A DNA stretch of 64,000 bases from Alphaproteobacteria bacterium (GTDB lineage: Bacteria; Pseudomonadota; Alphaproteobacteria; CAAHEQ01; UBA3637), in assembly GCA_045631185.1 (NCBI GenBank), contig JAZQUH010000039.1:75740-139739 (forward strand), given 5' to 3'. Numbering within the stretch: position 1 is the stretch's first letter; each line of letters starts with the position of its first letter. Positions 39,041 to 48,107 of the stretch are shown in pieces. A program made the translations under genes and the position numbers. Below the pieces are notes generated by a model. That model was not told the DNA's origin. It worked only from the letters and a program-made list of their open reading frames with translations, and searched no databases.

Positions 39041-39070
39041 AAAGCCCGAGTTATTCTCGGGCTTTTTTTT
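39041..39070 (+). terminator. Intrinsic terminator after aas
   Basis: AAAGCCCGAG-TTATT-CTCGGGCTTT + T-run. Confidence 0.85.
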
Positions 39071-39160
39071 AAAAAAATAACTTGCATTTTATTGTATTCT
39101 TTTTTATGATGAGAAATACGAAGGAATTATCTTTTAAAATAAAATGAAAGGCAGGCAGAT

Positions 39161-40072
39161 ATGAAAGGTTCGCATGTTTTGGCTTTTTTAAAGGCTCCAT
39201 TTAATCAACAATTTATGTTTGTCTGTCTTTTATTGTTGCCGGTACTTTTATTAGCGCCATTATTTACATCTTTTTTTAATTTTCTTTATCAGAATTTAGA
39301 TTTTGTTCAATCTGCTGACAATGAAATGGTGGGGCGACTTTTTATTCAATGGTTCATTACACAAAAGGCACAACTTTACATTTTTGCATTTTTGGGGCTT
39401 TTTATGTCTGGATTTTTAATCCAATCTTATTCTTTGATGTTAATTCATGGTATACAGTCGCAAAAGGTTAAACTATATGATTTTAAAATGCTTCCTATTG
39501 CGAATAGCCAAATTTTTAAAGGGATTTTAAAATTAATTAGTTATACATTTTGGTTTGCATGTTACTTTGTGATATGTTCAATCGCAGCTATTTTATTCAT
39601 TTATTTAATAAATTTTCTTGCTGAAATGTTGCCGACTTTTTTCTCTGTTTTATTATGGATTGCTTGTGTATTGGTTTGTATAGCCTTTATCTTATGGATT
39701 ATTTTAAATTCAGCAGTTGCTTCATATCGTTTTAATATGAACTTAAAGACAAGAACAATTTTTGAATGGTTTGAAAATTATCGTTTTATAAAAAAATATA
39801 AGTCACGTTTCTTTATCGTTTTTGGGATTTGTTTTTTATTTGCTCAGGTTATTTCTGTTATTAGTCAAACGGTATATACATGGATATTACAATTCTTTTC
39901 GTTGATTGAAGGTCTTATCATCTCTTTTGGTGCATCTCAACCAATAATGCCGTCAATTTTAATGATTTTGTTGGGGATCATTTTCTTTGCCTATTTGACA
40001 TTGTTGCACAGTATATTTATTGGGAAAGCACTGTTTTGGTTAAAGCAAAAGCCAAAAACAATAAAGAAATAA
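39161..40072 (+). CDS. Polytopic membrane protein, unknown function
   Basis: 303 aa, 6-7 hydrophobic segments; its stop directly abuts the smpB stop. Confidence 0.55.
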   Translation: MKGSHVLAFLKAPFNQQFMFVCLLLLPVLLLAPLFTSFFNFLYQNLDFVQSADNEMVGRLFIQWFITQKAQLYIFAFLGLFMSGFLIQSYSLMLIHGIQSQKVKLYDFKMLPIANSQIFKGILKLISYTFWFACYFVICSIAAILFIYLINFLAEMLPTFFSVLLWIACVLVCIAFILWIILNSAVASYRFNMNLKTRTIFEWFENYRFIKKYKSRFFIVFGICFLFAQVISVISQTVYTWILQFFSLIEGLIISFGASQPIMPSILMILLGIIFFAYLTLLHSIFIGKALFWLKQKPKTIKK

Positions 40073-40552
40073 TTATTTGTTATAATGTGCCATGATGCGC
40101 TGTTTATCGCGTTGCCAATCACGTTGTTTGATAGTTTCACGTTTATCGGCATAGGTCTTACCTTGGGCCAAAGCGATTTTCATTTTGGCAATCCCACGGG
40201 CATTAAAGTATAAATCCAAAGGAATGATGGTGCGTCCTTTTTGATTGACCTCACGCAACAGCTTGGATAATTCTTTTTGATGCAATAATAATTTTCTGGG
40301 GCGTGTTGCCTGTTCCGTTACAAAGCCTTTGTTGGCCGGTGAGTATTCTTCAATTCGGGCGTTGACCAAAACCAGCTCGCCATTTTCGGGTGATACATAG
40401 CTTTCCCCGATACTGGCATGTCCCATACGCAAAGATTTGACTTCTCCGCCTGTTAAAATAAGGCCAGCCTCATAGGTATCCAAAATCATATAATGAAAGT
40501 GGGCTTTGCGATTTGTGGCCACAGGGCCGGTTGAAATTAAATTGTTACTCAT
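40073..40552 (-). CDS. smpB: SsrA-binding protein
   Basis: Start at MSNNLIS; NRKAHFHY, GGEVKSLR, YFNARGIAKMKIALAQGK. Confidence 0.9.
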   Translation of the reverse strand: MSNNLISTGPVATNRKAHFHYMILDTYEAGLILTGGEVKSLRMGHASIGESYVSPENGELVLVNARIEEYSPANKGFVTEQATRPRKLLLHQKELSKLLREVNQKGRTIIPLDLYFNARGIAKMKIALAQGKTYADKRETIKQRDWQRDKQRIMAHYNK

Positions 40553-40559
40553 GTTGTGG

Positions 40560-40588
40560 ATTTTAACACCTTTTATTAAAAAAGTCAA
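40560..40588 (-). promoter_or_regulatory. Promoter fused to smpB ATG (leaderless design)
   Basis: Minus strand TTGACT - 17 nt - TAAAAT, 7 nt, ATG 40552. Confidence 0.5.
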
Positions 40589-40590
40589 TG

Positions 40591-40618
40591 AAAAAGCCCC
40601 CTGAATTCAGAGGGCTTT
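40591..40618 (-). terminator. Intrinsic terminator after rpsT
   Basis: Minus-strand AAAGCCCTC-loop-GGGGGCTTT (one G.U) + TTTTT. Confidence 0.7.
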
Positions 40619-40638
40619 GAAATCATTTGCTTACAAGC

Positions 40639-40911
40639 TTATTTTTTGATAACTAAAGCTTTTAAGGCTTGGGCCAAACGAGAAATTTGGCGAGCCATTG
40701 TATTGGCTTTAATTGTGCGCTTGTTTTTGGCTTTTGCCAAAGAAGATTCCGCTTTACGGAAAGCCTTTGTGGCTGTTTCTTTGTCGCCTTTAGCAATAGC
40801 GGCACGTGTTTGTTTAACGGCAGTACGTGTTGCATTCAAGCGGGTTGCATTGATTGTTTCACGTTTTTTGTTGCGTTTAACACGTGTTTTAGCTGATTTT
40901 AAGTTTGCCAT
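40639..40911 (-). CDS. rpsT: 30S ribosomal protein S20
   Basis: MANLKSAKTRVKRNKKR... basic helical 90 aa. Confidence 0.9.
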   Translation of the reverse strand: MANLKSAKTRVKRNKKRETINATRLNATRTAVKQTRAAIAKGDKETATKAFRKAESSLAKAKNKRTIKANTMARQISRLAQALKALVIKK

Positions 40912-41017
40912 TTGTATGCCTCTCTAAAAGTAAAGTTAAATAACGTTTTTCATTATATCCGATTTATTCAAAAAAGTCAAGGGGTTTTATATTTGAGTTG
41001 CTTATGTGTCTCAATTC

Positions 41018-41046
41018 TTGACATTTGTGTGGCTTTTTGGTATACT
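41018..41046 (+). promoter_or_regulatory. Promoter of alaS
   Basis: TTGACA - 17 nt - TATACT; AAGGAG RBS. Confidence 0.6.
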
Positions 41047-41076
41047 TTAAAAATAATTTTTTAAAAGGAGAAAGCT

Positions 41077-42846
41077 ATGTCAATAACCTATCGTGAACTG
41101 CGTCAAAAATGGTTGGAATTTTTTAAATCAAAAGGGCATGCCGAAATTCCGTCGGCTTCTGTGTTTCCCGAAAATGATGCCACAGTGTTGTTCACGACCG
41201 CCGGTATGCATCCGTTGGTTCCGTATTTGATGGGACAAAAACATCCGGCCGGCAACCGTTTGACGGATATTCAAAAATGTATCCGTACGAATGATATTGA
41301 TTCTGTTGGTGATACCAGCCATTTGACCTTTTTTGAAATGATGGGCAACTGGTCTTTGGGCGATTATTTCAAAAAGGAAATGGTGGCTTGGAGCTTTGAG
41401 TTTTTGACCCAGCATTTGGGATTCAAGCCCGAACAATTGGCGGTTACCTGTTTTAAAGGTGATGAAAACGCCCCGCGTGATGATGAAACGGCTGGGTTTT
41501 GGAAAGAGCAGGGATTAAAAGATAATCAAATTTTCTTTTATGGTGCGGATGATAACTGGTGGGGGTTGGCCGATGGTGGTCCATGCGGTCCGGATACGGA
41601 AATGTTTATTGATAACGGTCAACCGGCATGCGGTGCGGATTGTGGTCCGGCCTGTCATTGTGGTAAGTACACCGAAATTTGGAATGACGTGTTTATGCAA
41701 TATGAAAAAAAATCCGATGGTTCTTTGGTAAAGTTGGCCCAACAAAATGTTGATACAGGTATGGGATTGGAACGCACCTTGGCCTTTATGAACGGTGTCG
41801 GTGATGCTTTTTCAACGGAATTGTTTGCGGGTTTGCGTCAAAAATTGGAAGAATTGTCGGGCAAAAAATATGCCGAAGCATTGGTGCCTTTCCGTAAAGT
41901 ATTGGACCATGTGCGTACATCTGTTTTTATTTTGGGTGATGATAAGCATTTGGCTCCATCCAACACGGACCAAGGATATGTTTTGCGTCGTTTGATTCGT
42001 GTGGCCATTCGTTCGTTAAAGCAATTGGGGATTACGGATTTTGTATTGCCGGCTTTGGCCGAATGTGTTTTGGATCAATACGGTGAATATTATCCTGAAT
42101 TGCAACGCAACCGTGATTTCATTATGACCGAATTGGCCAAAGAAGAACAATTGTTTAACCGTACGATTACGGCCGGCTTAAAGGAAATGGATAAAGTCAT
42201 GGGTCGTGTTCAAAACGGATTGATTGATGGCCAAACAGCATTCCATTTGTACGATACCTATGGTTTTCCGTTGGAATTCACACAACAAATTGCCACCGAA
42301 AACAACTTACAGGTGGATGTGGACGGTTTTAATAAGTGTTTTCAGGCACATCAGGAACTTTCCCGCAAAGGTGCCGAACAAAAATTCAAGGGCGGTTTGG
42401 CCGACCATTCGGAAAAATCGGCCCACTATCACACCGCCACACATATTATGCACGCCATGTTGCGTCAAATGTTTGGTGAAACGGTGGCTCAAAAGGGCAG
42501 TAATATTACGCCTGAACGGATGCGTTTTGACTTTTCCTTTAATCGCAAGATGACACCCGAAGAAGTCAAAGAATTGGAAAATCGTGTGAATGCGGTGATT
42601 GAACAAAAAATCCCTGTGGAATGTGCTGAACGGACTTTGGCCGAAGCCCAAGCCGAAGGCGCGATTGGTTTGTTTGCCCACAAATATGATGCCGAAAAAG
42701 TTAAAGTTTATACCATTGGTTCGGTTTCCAAGGAAGTTTGTGGTGGTCCGCACGCCCAAAATACAGGCGATTTAGGTCACTTCCGTATTTTAAAGGAAGA
42801 ATCTTCATCGGCCGGTGTGCGCCGTATCAAGGCCGTTTTGGAATAA
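41077..42846 (+). CDS. alaS: Alanine--tRNA ligase, short form (589 aa; ends right after editing domain)
   Basis: Class II core FTTAGMHP, EIWNDVFMQY; editing HTATH and CGGPH motifs; no C-Ala domain. Confidence 0.85.
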   Translation: MSITYRELRQKWLEFFKSKGHAEIPSASVFPENDATVLFTTAGMHPLVPYLMGQKHPAGNRLTDIQKCIRTNDIDSVGDTSHLTFFEMMGNWSLGDYFKKEMVAWSFEFLTQHLGFKPEQLAVTCFKGDENAPRDDETAGFWKEQGLKDNQIFFYGADDNWWGLADGGPCGPDTEMFIDNGQPACGADCGPACHCGKYTEIWNDVFMQYEKKSDGSLVKLAQQNVDTGMGLERTLAFMNGVGDAFSTELFAGLRQKLEELSGKKYAEALVPFRKVLDHVRTSVFILGDDKHLAPSNTDQGYVLRRLIRVAIRSLKQLGITDFVLPALAECVLDQYGEYYPELQRNRDFIMTELAKEEQLFNRTITAGLKEMDKVMGRVQNGLIDGQTAFHLYDTYGFPLEFTQQIATENNLQVDVDGFNKCFQAHQELSRKGAEQKFKGGLADHSEKSAHYHTATHIMHAMLRQMFGETVAQKGSNITPERMRFDFSFNRKMTPEEVKELENRVNAVIEQKIPVECAERTLAEAQAEGAIGLFAHKYDAEKVKVYTIGSVSKEVCGGPHAQNTGDLGHFRILKEESSSAGVRRIKAVLE

Positions 42847-42868
42847 GATGCTTTGATTTATATCAGAA

Positions 42869-42900
42869 AATCCCCCGTTTGTCGGGGGATTTATTTGTTT
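42869..42900 (+). terminator. Intrinsic terminator after alaS
   Basis: AATCCCCCG-loop-CGGGGGATT + T-rich tail. Confidence 0.75.
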
Positions 42901-42932
42901 GTCATTTTTGAATTTGATCAAAATTTATTTTT

Positions 42933-42972
42933 GCATAAAAAAAAACACCCCGTTGAAACGGCGTGTTTTTTT
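42933..42972. terminator. Bidirectional hairpin terminator (serves the minus-strand VirB2-like gene)
   Basis: ACACCCCG-TTGAAA-CGGCGTGT flanked by A9 and T7. Confidence 0.7.
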
Positions 42973-42982
42973 GAGAGGTTGG

Positions 42983-43321
42983 TTAATAACCACCATAATC
43001 ATTACCTTCGCCTTGAACTCCTGAACCAGTATCAGCAGCGTATTTGACGATATAGTCAGCACAGGCAACAACGGCCACACCAAAGACCAATGCCCACAAC
43101 CATTTCCATTGGATTTTACCCAACAAGGCAGCAGCGGCCATACCAATCAAACCAAAAGCAGCCAAAACATAAAATACCTTTCTGACGTCATCAAAAACGG
43201 ATTGTAAATTATTCACAATCGAACCTAATCCTCCAGCGTCATCTTCAGCCCATGCAGAGCCAACGTAGGTAATTAAGGCAAAAATGGCAACAAAGGCCAT
43301 GACTTTTAATAATTTTTTCAT
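42983..43321 (-). CDS. Small secreted two-TM protein with VirB2/TrbC-pilin-like topology
   Basis: Signal MKKLLKVMAFVAIFALITYVGSAWA|ED; about 25 aa; TM1; KIQWKW; TM2; short Gly/acidic tail; AAAGGAA RBS. Confidence 0.5.
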   Translation of the reverse strand: MKKLLKVMAFVAIFALITYVGSAWAEDDAGGLGSIVNNLQSVFDDVRKVFYVLAAFGLIGMAAAALLGKIQWKWLWALVFGVAVVACADYIVKYAADTGSGVQGEGNDYGGY

Positions 43322-43608
43322 TTTATATTCCTTTCTTTTTTTGTTGATGCATCATTCAAATAAAAGTACAAAATTTATGACGAAAACGATACGTCTTTTT
43401 ATTTTTTTCCTTTACTTTATGACTCCTTATAAGGTTTTACGGTTTGAAACCATTTCAAACCATATCTATATCATAAACAATTTTTTTTCTTTGTCCAGTA
43501 TTTTTTTAAAAAAAAACGAAAAAAACACAAAAAAAGAATTTGTTAATAAAATATTAACTTTTTAGTGTTTATGATAATCACAAGTTTAATCATCGCATAG
43601 GGGAATGC

Positions 43609-44373
43609 ATGAAAAAGTTGTTTGTCGGTTGTATCGCATTTTTTTGGATGTCTTGTGCCGTGGCACAAGATTCGGGAGTGATTGCGGTTGCAGAAGCTGA
43701 TGAATTTTTGGGCCCAACATATGCGATTCCTGATGCTCCTGTTTTTGTAGATTTGCCGTCAGGGGGAGCTTCTAACCGCAATGTCCTGACTGAAATTTTT
43801 GGTTCTGATGCGGTAACCTTAAACGCTAATGATCCAATTGAAACGGTTTCTGGTCAAAATTTTGAACCAACCCCCGGTTTATATCGTCCCAAAAAAAATG
43901 TTTTAACAAAGTTACCGGATTTGCCGGCACCTCAATTGATGTATGAATCTGTTTTGGATACAACAATTACGCCGGTGATTCGAAAATCAGATTATGCGGA
44001 TCGTTTTTTGGAAAGTCTTCAAAATGGAAAGAGGGTCACTTTTTCTGTTCCTCGTGAAATACGTATTTCTTTTTATCCCGGGCAATCTTCTTTGTCGGCT
44101 CAAGCATTAAAGTGGATAAAGGCCTTTGCTTTAAAGGTTCGTAATGATCCACGGTTGGTAATTGAAATTCGTGTTTCAGAAAAAGATTGGTCGTTGCAAA
44201 GCAAACGTGTGGCGTTGATGCTTCAGTCGGTAATGGAACAAGGTGTTTCTCGGCATCAAATTTTTATCTATAAAACAAATCGTTCTTCTGATTCTGTTTT
44301 GTTAGGATATGGTTATAGTGTGGATAAAGAATTGGAAAAAGGTAAAAAAAAGCAAAAAACAATCACTTGGTAA
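43609..44373 (+). CDS. Secreted pilus-operon protein with OmpA/MotB-like C-terminal region (PilL position)
   Basis: Signal peptide ..SCAVA|QD; C-terminus FYPGQSSLSAQALKWIKAFALKV..LVIEIRV..LQSKRVALMLQSVMEQGV resembles OmpA-C pattern. Confidence 0.4.
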   Translation: MKKLFVGCIAFFWMSCAVAQDSGVIAVAEADEFLGPTYAIPDAPVFVDLPSGGASNRNVLTEIFGSDAVTLNANDPIETVSGQNFEPTPGLYRPKKNVLTKLPDLPAPQLMYESVLDTTITPVIRKSDYADRFLESLQNGKRVTFSVPREIRISFYPGQSSLSAQALKWIKAFALKVRNDPRLVIEIRVSEKDWSLQSKRVALMLQSVMEQGVSRHQIFIYKTNRSSDSVLLGYGYSVDKELEKGKKKQKTITW

Positions 44374-44433
44374 AAAAAATACTTGTAATATAAAAAAAAA
44401 GAGTGTATGTTTTTCTAAAACAGGGAGTACAAT

Positions 44434-45129
44434 ATGATTTATAAAAAAGATTTCTTTAAGTTTTTTGTAGTTTCAGGCGTGTTATTGTCTGTGATTTCTG
44501 CTCAGGCTCAGAGTGGTCAGTTTGTTGATTGTTCTCAAGGAGGGGCAAATTGTGATGTGCTTTATGCGACTGATGATGTATTTATAATGCCTGATTGTGT
44601 GGATTGTGTATCAGGTGAAATTCAGGTGGAACCGGCGGTTACAAAGACTTCTTATCAGCCTTTGGCATATTCTATGCCTATAGATAATCAGATGGAAGTT
44701 TTGCCTAATGGTGCTGTGCGTATGACGACAACTCAGGTTTCTGGTGTGCGTTCAGGAGCTAGCGATATTCAAACGACACGTAAGGTAGAAAGAGTTGAAG
44801 AGCGTCGTTTAGGTGGTAAATGGGTAACGCATGATACAAATGAAAAGGTTGCTTTCGGTGATTCTGTTCATGATTGGGATGCTGCCCGTGGAGAAACGTT
44901 GAAATCTTTGTTGACTCAATGGGCTGAAGTATCGGGTTGGACTTTGGTTTGGAAATTGGATCGTGATTATAATTTGGAAGCCGGTGTGGTTTTCCGTGGT
45001 ACATTTACCGAAGTGGCTGGTGCGATTATTCGTACTTTTGCTCGTGCAAAACCAGCCCCTATCGGGACTTTTTATCGTGGTAATCGTGTTTTGGTTGTCA
45101 GCATACAGGAGGACGAGAATGCTCATTAA
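44434..45129 (+). CDS. TcpQ-domain pilus biogenesis protein (R64 PilM/TcpQ-like)
   Basis: Signal peptide; C-terminus ETLKSLLTQWAEVSGWTLVWKLDRDYNLEAGVVFRGTFTEVAGAII typical of TcpQ/PilM family. Confidence 0.6.
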   Translation: MIYKKDFFKFFVVSGVLLSVISAQAQSGQFVDCSQGGANCDVLYATDDVFIMPDCVDCVSGEIQVEPAVTKTSYQPLAYSMPIDNQMEVLPNGAVRMTTTQVSGVRSGASDIQTTRKVERVEERRLGGKWVTHDTNEKVAFGDSVHDWDAARGETLKSLLTQWAEVSGWTLVWKLDRDYNLEAGVVFRGTFTEVAGAIIRTFARAKPAPIGTFYRGNRVLVVSIQEDENAH

Positions 45130-46738
45130 AAAATTATCCATTGCTTTGTTTGCGGGGTGTTTTGCTTTGGCTGGATGTAATCAATATGTAGTTGAAGGAA
45201 ATAAACGCATAGAAGAAACTCTATCCCGTGTGGAAGAGTATAAAGAAATTTCTCAGATTCCGGATTTGCCTGAACCCACTGATACAGTGCGTATGCAAAA
45301 TGATATTTATTTGGGTAATCAAAGTATCAAGATTATGGAAGGGGATTCATTGCCCGCGTGGTTGGAAAAAGAAGATGGTATTACAATGGCAGTGGCAGAA
45401 GATGCTAAGTTGGCGGATATCTTGCAAGAAATTTCTGACATTACAGGGATGGATATTCGTTTGGATGATTTGCGTATGGAAAATGCAATACCAGAAGACG
45501 CAGTTCCTTTGAAATATTCGGGATCTTTAAGCGGTCTTTTGAATTATTTATCTAATCGATACAGTGTGTATTGGCGTTATAAAGATGGTGTAATTTCTTT
45601 CTTTACTAAGGAAACTCGTATTTTTACAATTTATGCTTTGCCGACCACTTCTACTATGCAGGCCAGTTTGAGTGGTGCCACAATGGGCGAAGGTGGTGGT
45701 GGCACTTCGTCTTCAAACTTGAGTGTTAATGCTGAATTGGATGTTTGGAGCAGCATTGAAGAAGGAGTTAAACAGGTTGTCGGTGAAAATGGTCAGTTGT
45801 CTTTTTCAAAGACTGCTGGTACGATTTCTGTAACAGCTTCGCCTTATATTGTGCGTAAGGTTGCTGCTTATGTGGCCAATTGGAATGAAAAATTATCACG
45901 TCAGGTGGCAATTACAGTACGTATTTTACAGGTGACCATTTCCGATGATAATAATTATGGTTTGAATTTGAATGCTATTTTTGATAACGGAAATATTTCA
46001 GCCACTTTTTCAACAGCTGCAACGTTGGGGACAAGTGGTCTTTTGTCGATGGCTTTGATAAAACCTGATAGCAAATTTAAACCAGAGGCTATTATTCAGG
46101 CCTTTTCAACCCAAGGAAAAACTCGGTTAGTGACCAGTTCAACCGTGACAACGCTGAATAATAAACTAGCACCGATTCAAATTTCAACATCTCAAGGGTA
46201 TGTGAAAGAAATTACGGTTACTACAACGGGTAGTGGTGAGGATAAAAGTTCCGAAGTTCAAATGGATACAGATGATTTGAGCTATGGTTTTACAATGGAA
46301 GTTTTACCGCGTATCTTGGATCATGGTCGTTTGATTTTGTTGTTTAACTTGTCTATTACAGATTTGTTGGAATTGAAGAATTTTACGGCTGGTTCAAACG
46401 ATAAAGGTTCGAATGATTCTTCTTCCGAAACAGAGGGTGATTCTTCTGAAGGTGAAGACGATGATAATGAGTCTGAAATGAAAACAGTTCAGTTGCCGAC
46501 AATGAGAAATCGTGGTTTTGTTCAGGAAATTGCAATGCGCTCAGGACAAACACTGGTCTTAACAGGTTTTGAAGATATCAATGAATCAACAAAATCTGCC
46601 GGTGTGGGTAAGGCTAAAATGGGTATTTTGGGTGGTCAGGCGGTAACTGCAATGGTACGGAACGTTTTGGTTATCTTAGTTACACCAGAAGTGTTACAAT
46701 CGCCTTTGTCTCAAGAAGCCTTAATGCGCGATTATTAA
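45119..46738 (+). CDS. Lipoprotein secretin (PilN-family type IVb pilus outer-membrane channel)
   Basis: Start MLIKKLSIALFAGCFALAGC (lipobox) with AGGAGGA RBS, overlapping upstream stop; secretin C-domain (TTLNNKLAPIQIS.., SYGFTMEVLPRIL.., VLVILVTPEVL). Confidence 0.8.
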   Translation: MLIKKLSIALFAGCFALAGCNQYVVEGNKRIEETLSRVEEYKEISQIPDLPEPTDTVRMQNDIYLGNQSIKIMEGDSLPAWLEKEDGITMAVAEDAKLADILQEISDITGMDIRLDDLRMENAIPEDAVPLKYSGSLSGLLNYLSNRYSVYWRYKDGVISFFTKETRIFTIYALPTTSTMQASLSGATMGEGGGGTSSSNLSVNAELDVWSSIEEGVKQVVGENGQLSFSKTAGTISVTASPYIVRKVAAYVANWNEKLSRQVAITVRILQVTISDDNNYGLNLNAIFDNGNISATFSTAATLGTSGLLSMALIKPDSKFKPEAIIQAFSTQGKTRLVTSSTVTTLNNKLAPIQISTSQGYVKEITVTTTGSGEDKSSEVQMDTDDLSYGFTMEVLPRILDHGRLILLFNLSITDLLELKNFTAGSNDKGSNDSSSETEGDSSEGEDDDNESEMKTVQLPTMRNRGFVQEIAMRSGQTLVLTGFEDINESTKSAGVGKAKMGILGGQAVTAMVRNVLVILVTPEVLQSPLSQEALMRDY

Positions 46739-46748
46739 AGGAGTCCGT

Positions 46749-48107
46749 ATGGAAAAAGAACAAACCAATCTGATTGATCAGCTGGAAACAACGAAACAAG
46801 AAGTTGTTAAGCGTTCTTCAACGGGTATTGTGACGGTTGATGGTCAAAAATATGCCGTTGGTTTGGTTTGGCAGCCGGTTCAAAATTTGGACGATCCGAT
46901 TGTTGAAATTCGGGAATCTGCAGAAAGTGAAGCAGGGGCTGACTTATACTGTTTAAGACCGGCTGCAACACCTCAATATGGTATAGGTTATAGTGAATTG
47001 GGACATCGTGACGGTATCCCTTCCTTGGCCGCATCTGTTGCGACTGCATTGACTGATCGTACTTCTGTTTGTGCTGTTTTCCGTGTTGATGAAGGATGGT
47101 GGTTGGTGGCCATCCGTAATGATTTGATTTTAGCGGAAGAAGATATTGTTTTTGACAACGAAGTAGAAGCTCAGCGTGCCTATGCTGCCATGATGGCTGT
47201 GCCTGATTGGGACTTGCGTATTGTTCCGCCAGAATGGAATATCGAAGGTGTAGAACGCCAAGATTTGGCAAAACTTGTTGCAGGAACAAGAAAGGTACGT
47301 CTGCAGCAAATTAATGCTCAAGTTCGGACAAAGTTTTTGTTATTTTTTGCGATTGCAATTGTTTTAGGTGTTGCTTATTTAATTTGGTTTTTAATCAAGA
47401 CATTAACTGGGATAATAGGGGAACCGACTCCACTTCCGGGAGACGGCGATAGCGGCGGGATAATTACTACTCCTGTTGTTCCTACTCCAAGAGGACCTGA
47501 ACCATGGGATGTTGTTCCTGATATGAATGCCTTTTTTCAACAATGTTGGACATCTGTGTATCAGGTTCAAAGCATTACTATTCCTGGTTGGACTATGGGA
47601 ACAATACAGTGTACTCCAAAACAGTTGACAACTTCTTGGCGAATGACTGATCCAAAACTTGGGCCTTTGTCTTTGGCTCGTTTTGGTATTGATTCTTATA
47701 ATTTTGATAAAGATAATTTTGAAATGACTATAAAAAGTGATGGGACTTCTGCAGATGGTCTGATGAAGTTTGATGAACCTCATATTCCGACGGTTTCTTC
47801 TGTCCCCAGAATGACAGCAAAAGAGTTAGAAGAAGATGTACGTGAAATTCAATTGGCAACAGGGCTTACTTTCCAATTCAATAGACAAACTTTATTGTCG
47901 CCCCCTAATCGGGCTGATGGTACACGTCCACCTGGTCAAAAATCATATGTATACTATTCTTTTACGGTTTTATCGCCATATCCACCTATGGAATGGAAAC
48001 CGTTTTTTGAAAAATTTTCTGGTTTAGAACTAATTAAACTAGAATATACACCAGCTGGTGGTGCAACTAACAAATGGAAATATGAGGGAAGAATCTATGC
48101 AAAATAA
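46749..48107 (+). CDS. PilO (R64/PilO2-type pilin accessory protein)-like
   Basis: N-terminus TVDGQKYAVGLVWQPVQ..., central TM, size about 450 aa, position after the secretin. Confidence 0.6.
   Translation: MEKEQTNLIDQLETTKQEVVKRSSTGIVTVDGQKYAVGLVWQPVQNLDDPIVEIRESAESEAGADLYCLRPAATPQYGIGYSELGHRDGIPSLAASVATALTDRTSVCAVFRVDEGWWLVAIRNDLILAEEDIVFDNEVEAQRAYAAMMAVPDWDLRIVPPEWNIEGVERQDLAKLVAGTRKVRLQQINAQVRTKFLLFFAIAIVLGVAYLIWFLIKTLTGIIGEPTPLPGDGDSGGIITTPVVPTPRGPEPWDVVPDMNAFFQQCWTSVYQVQSITIPGWTMGTIQCTPKQLTTSWRMTDPKLGPLSLARFGIDSYNFDKDNFEMTIKSDGTSADGLMKFDEPHIPTVSSVPRMTAKELEEDVREIQLATGLTFQFNRQTLLSPPNRADGTRPPGQKSYVYYSFTVLSPYPPMEWKPFFEKFSGLELIKLEYTPAGGATNKWKYEGRIYAK

Noticed and set aside
40553-40640. tmRNA (ssrA) or a tRNA next to smpB, or a tRNA integration site at the island borders (about 42.9 kb and 62.6 kb)
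   Set aside because: The intergenic sequences are short and consist of promoters and terminators. No cloverleaf-capable or tRNA-like segment was found by eye.
43284-43565. 93-aa ORF in the intergenic region upstream of the pilus operon (considered as a possible missing pilin)
   Set aside because: It is a low-complexity Phe/Ile/Lys-rich translation of an AT-rich control region. It has no class III signal, no RBS, and it overlaps the start of the VirB2-like gene.
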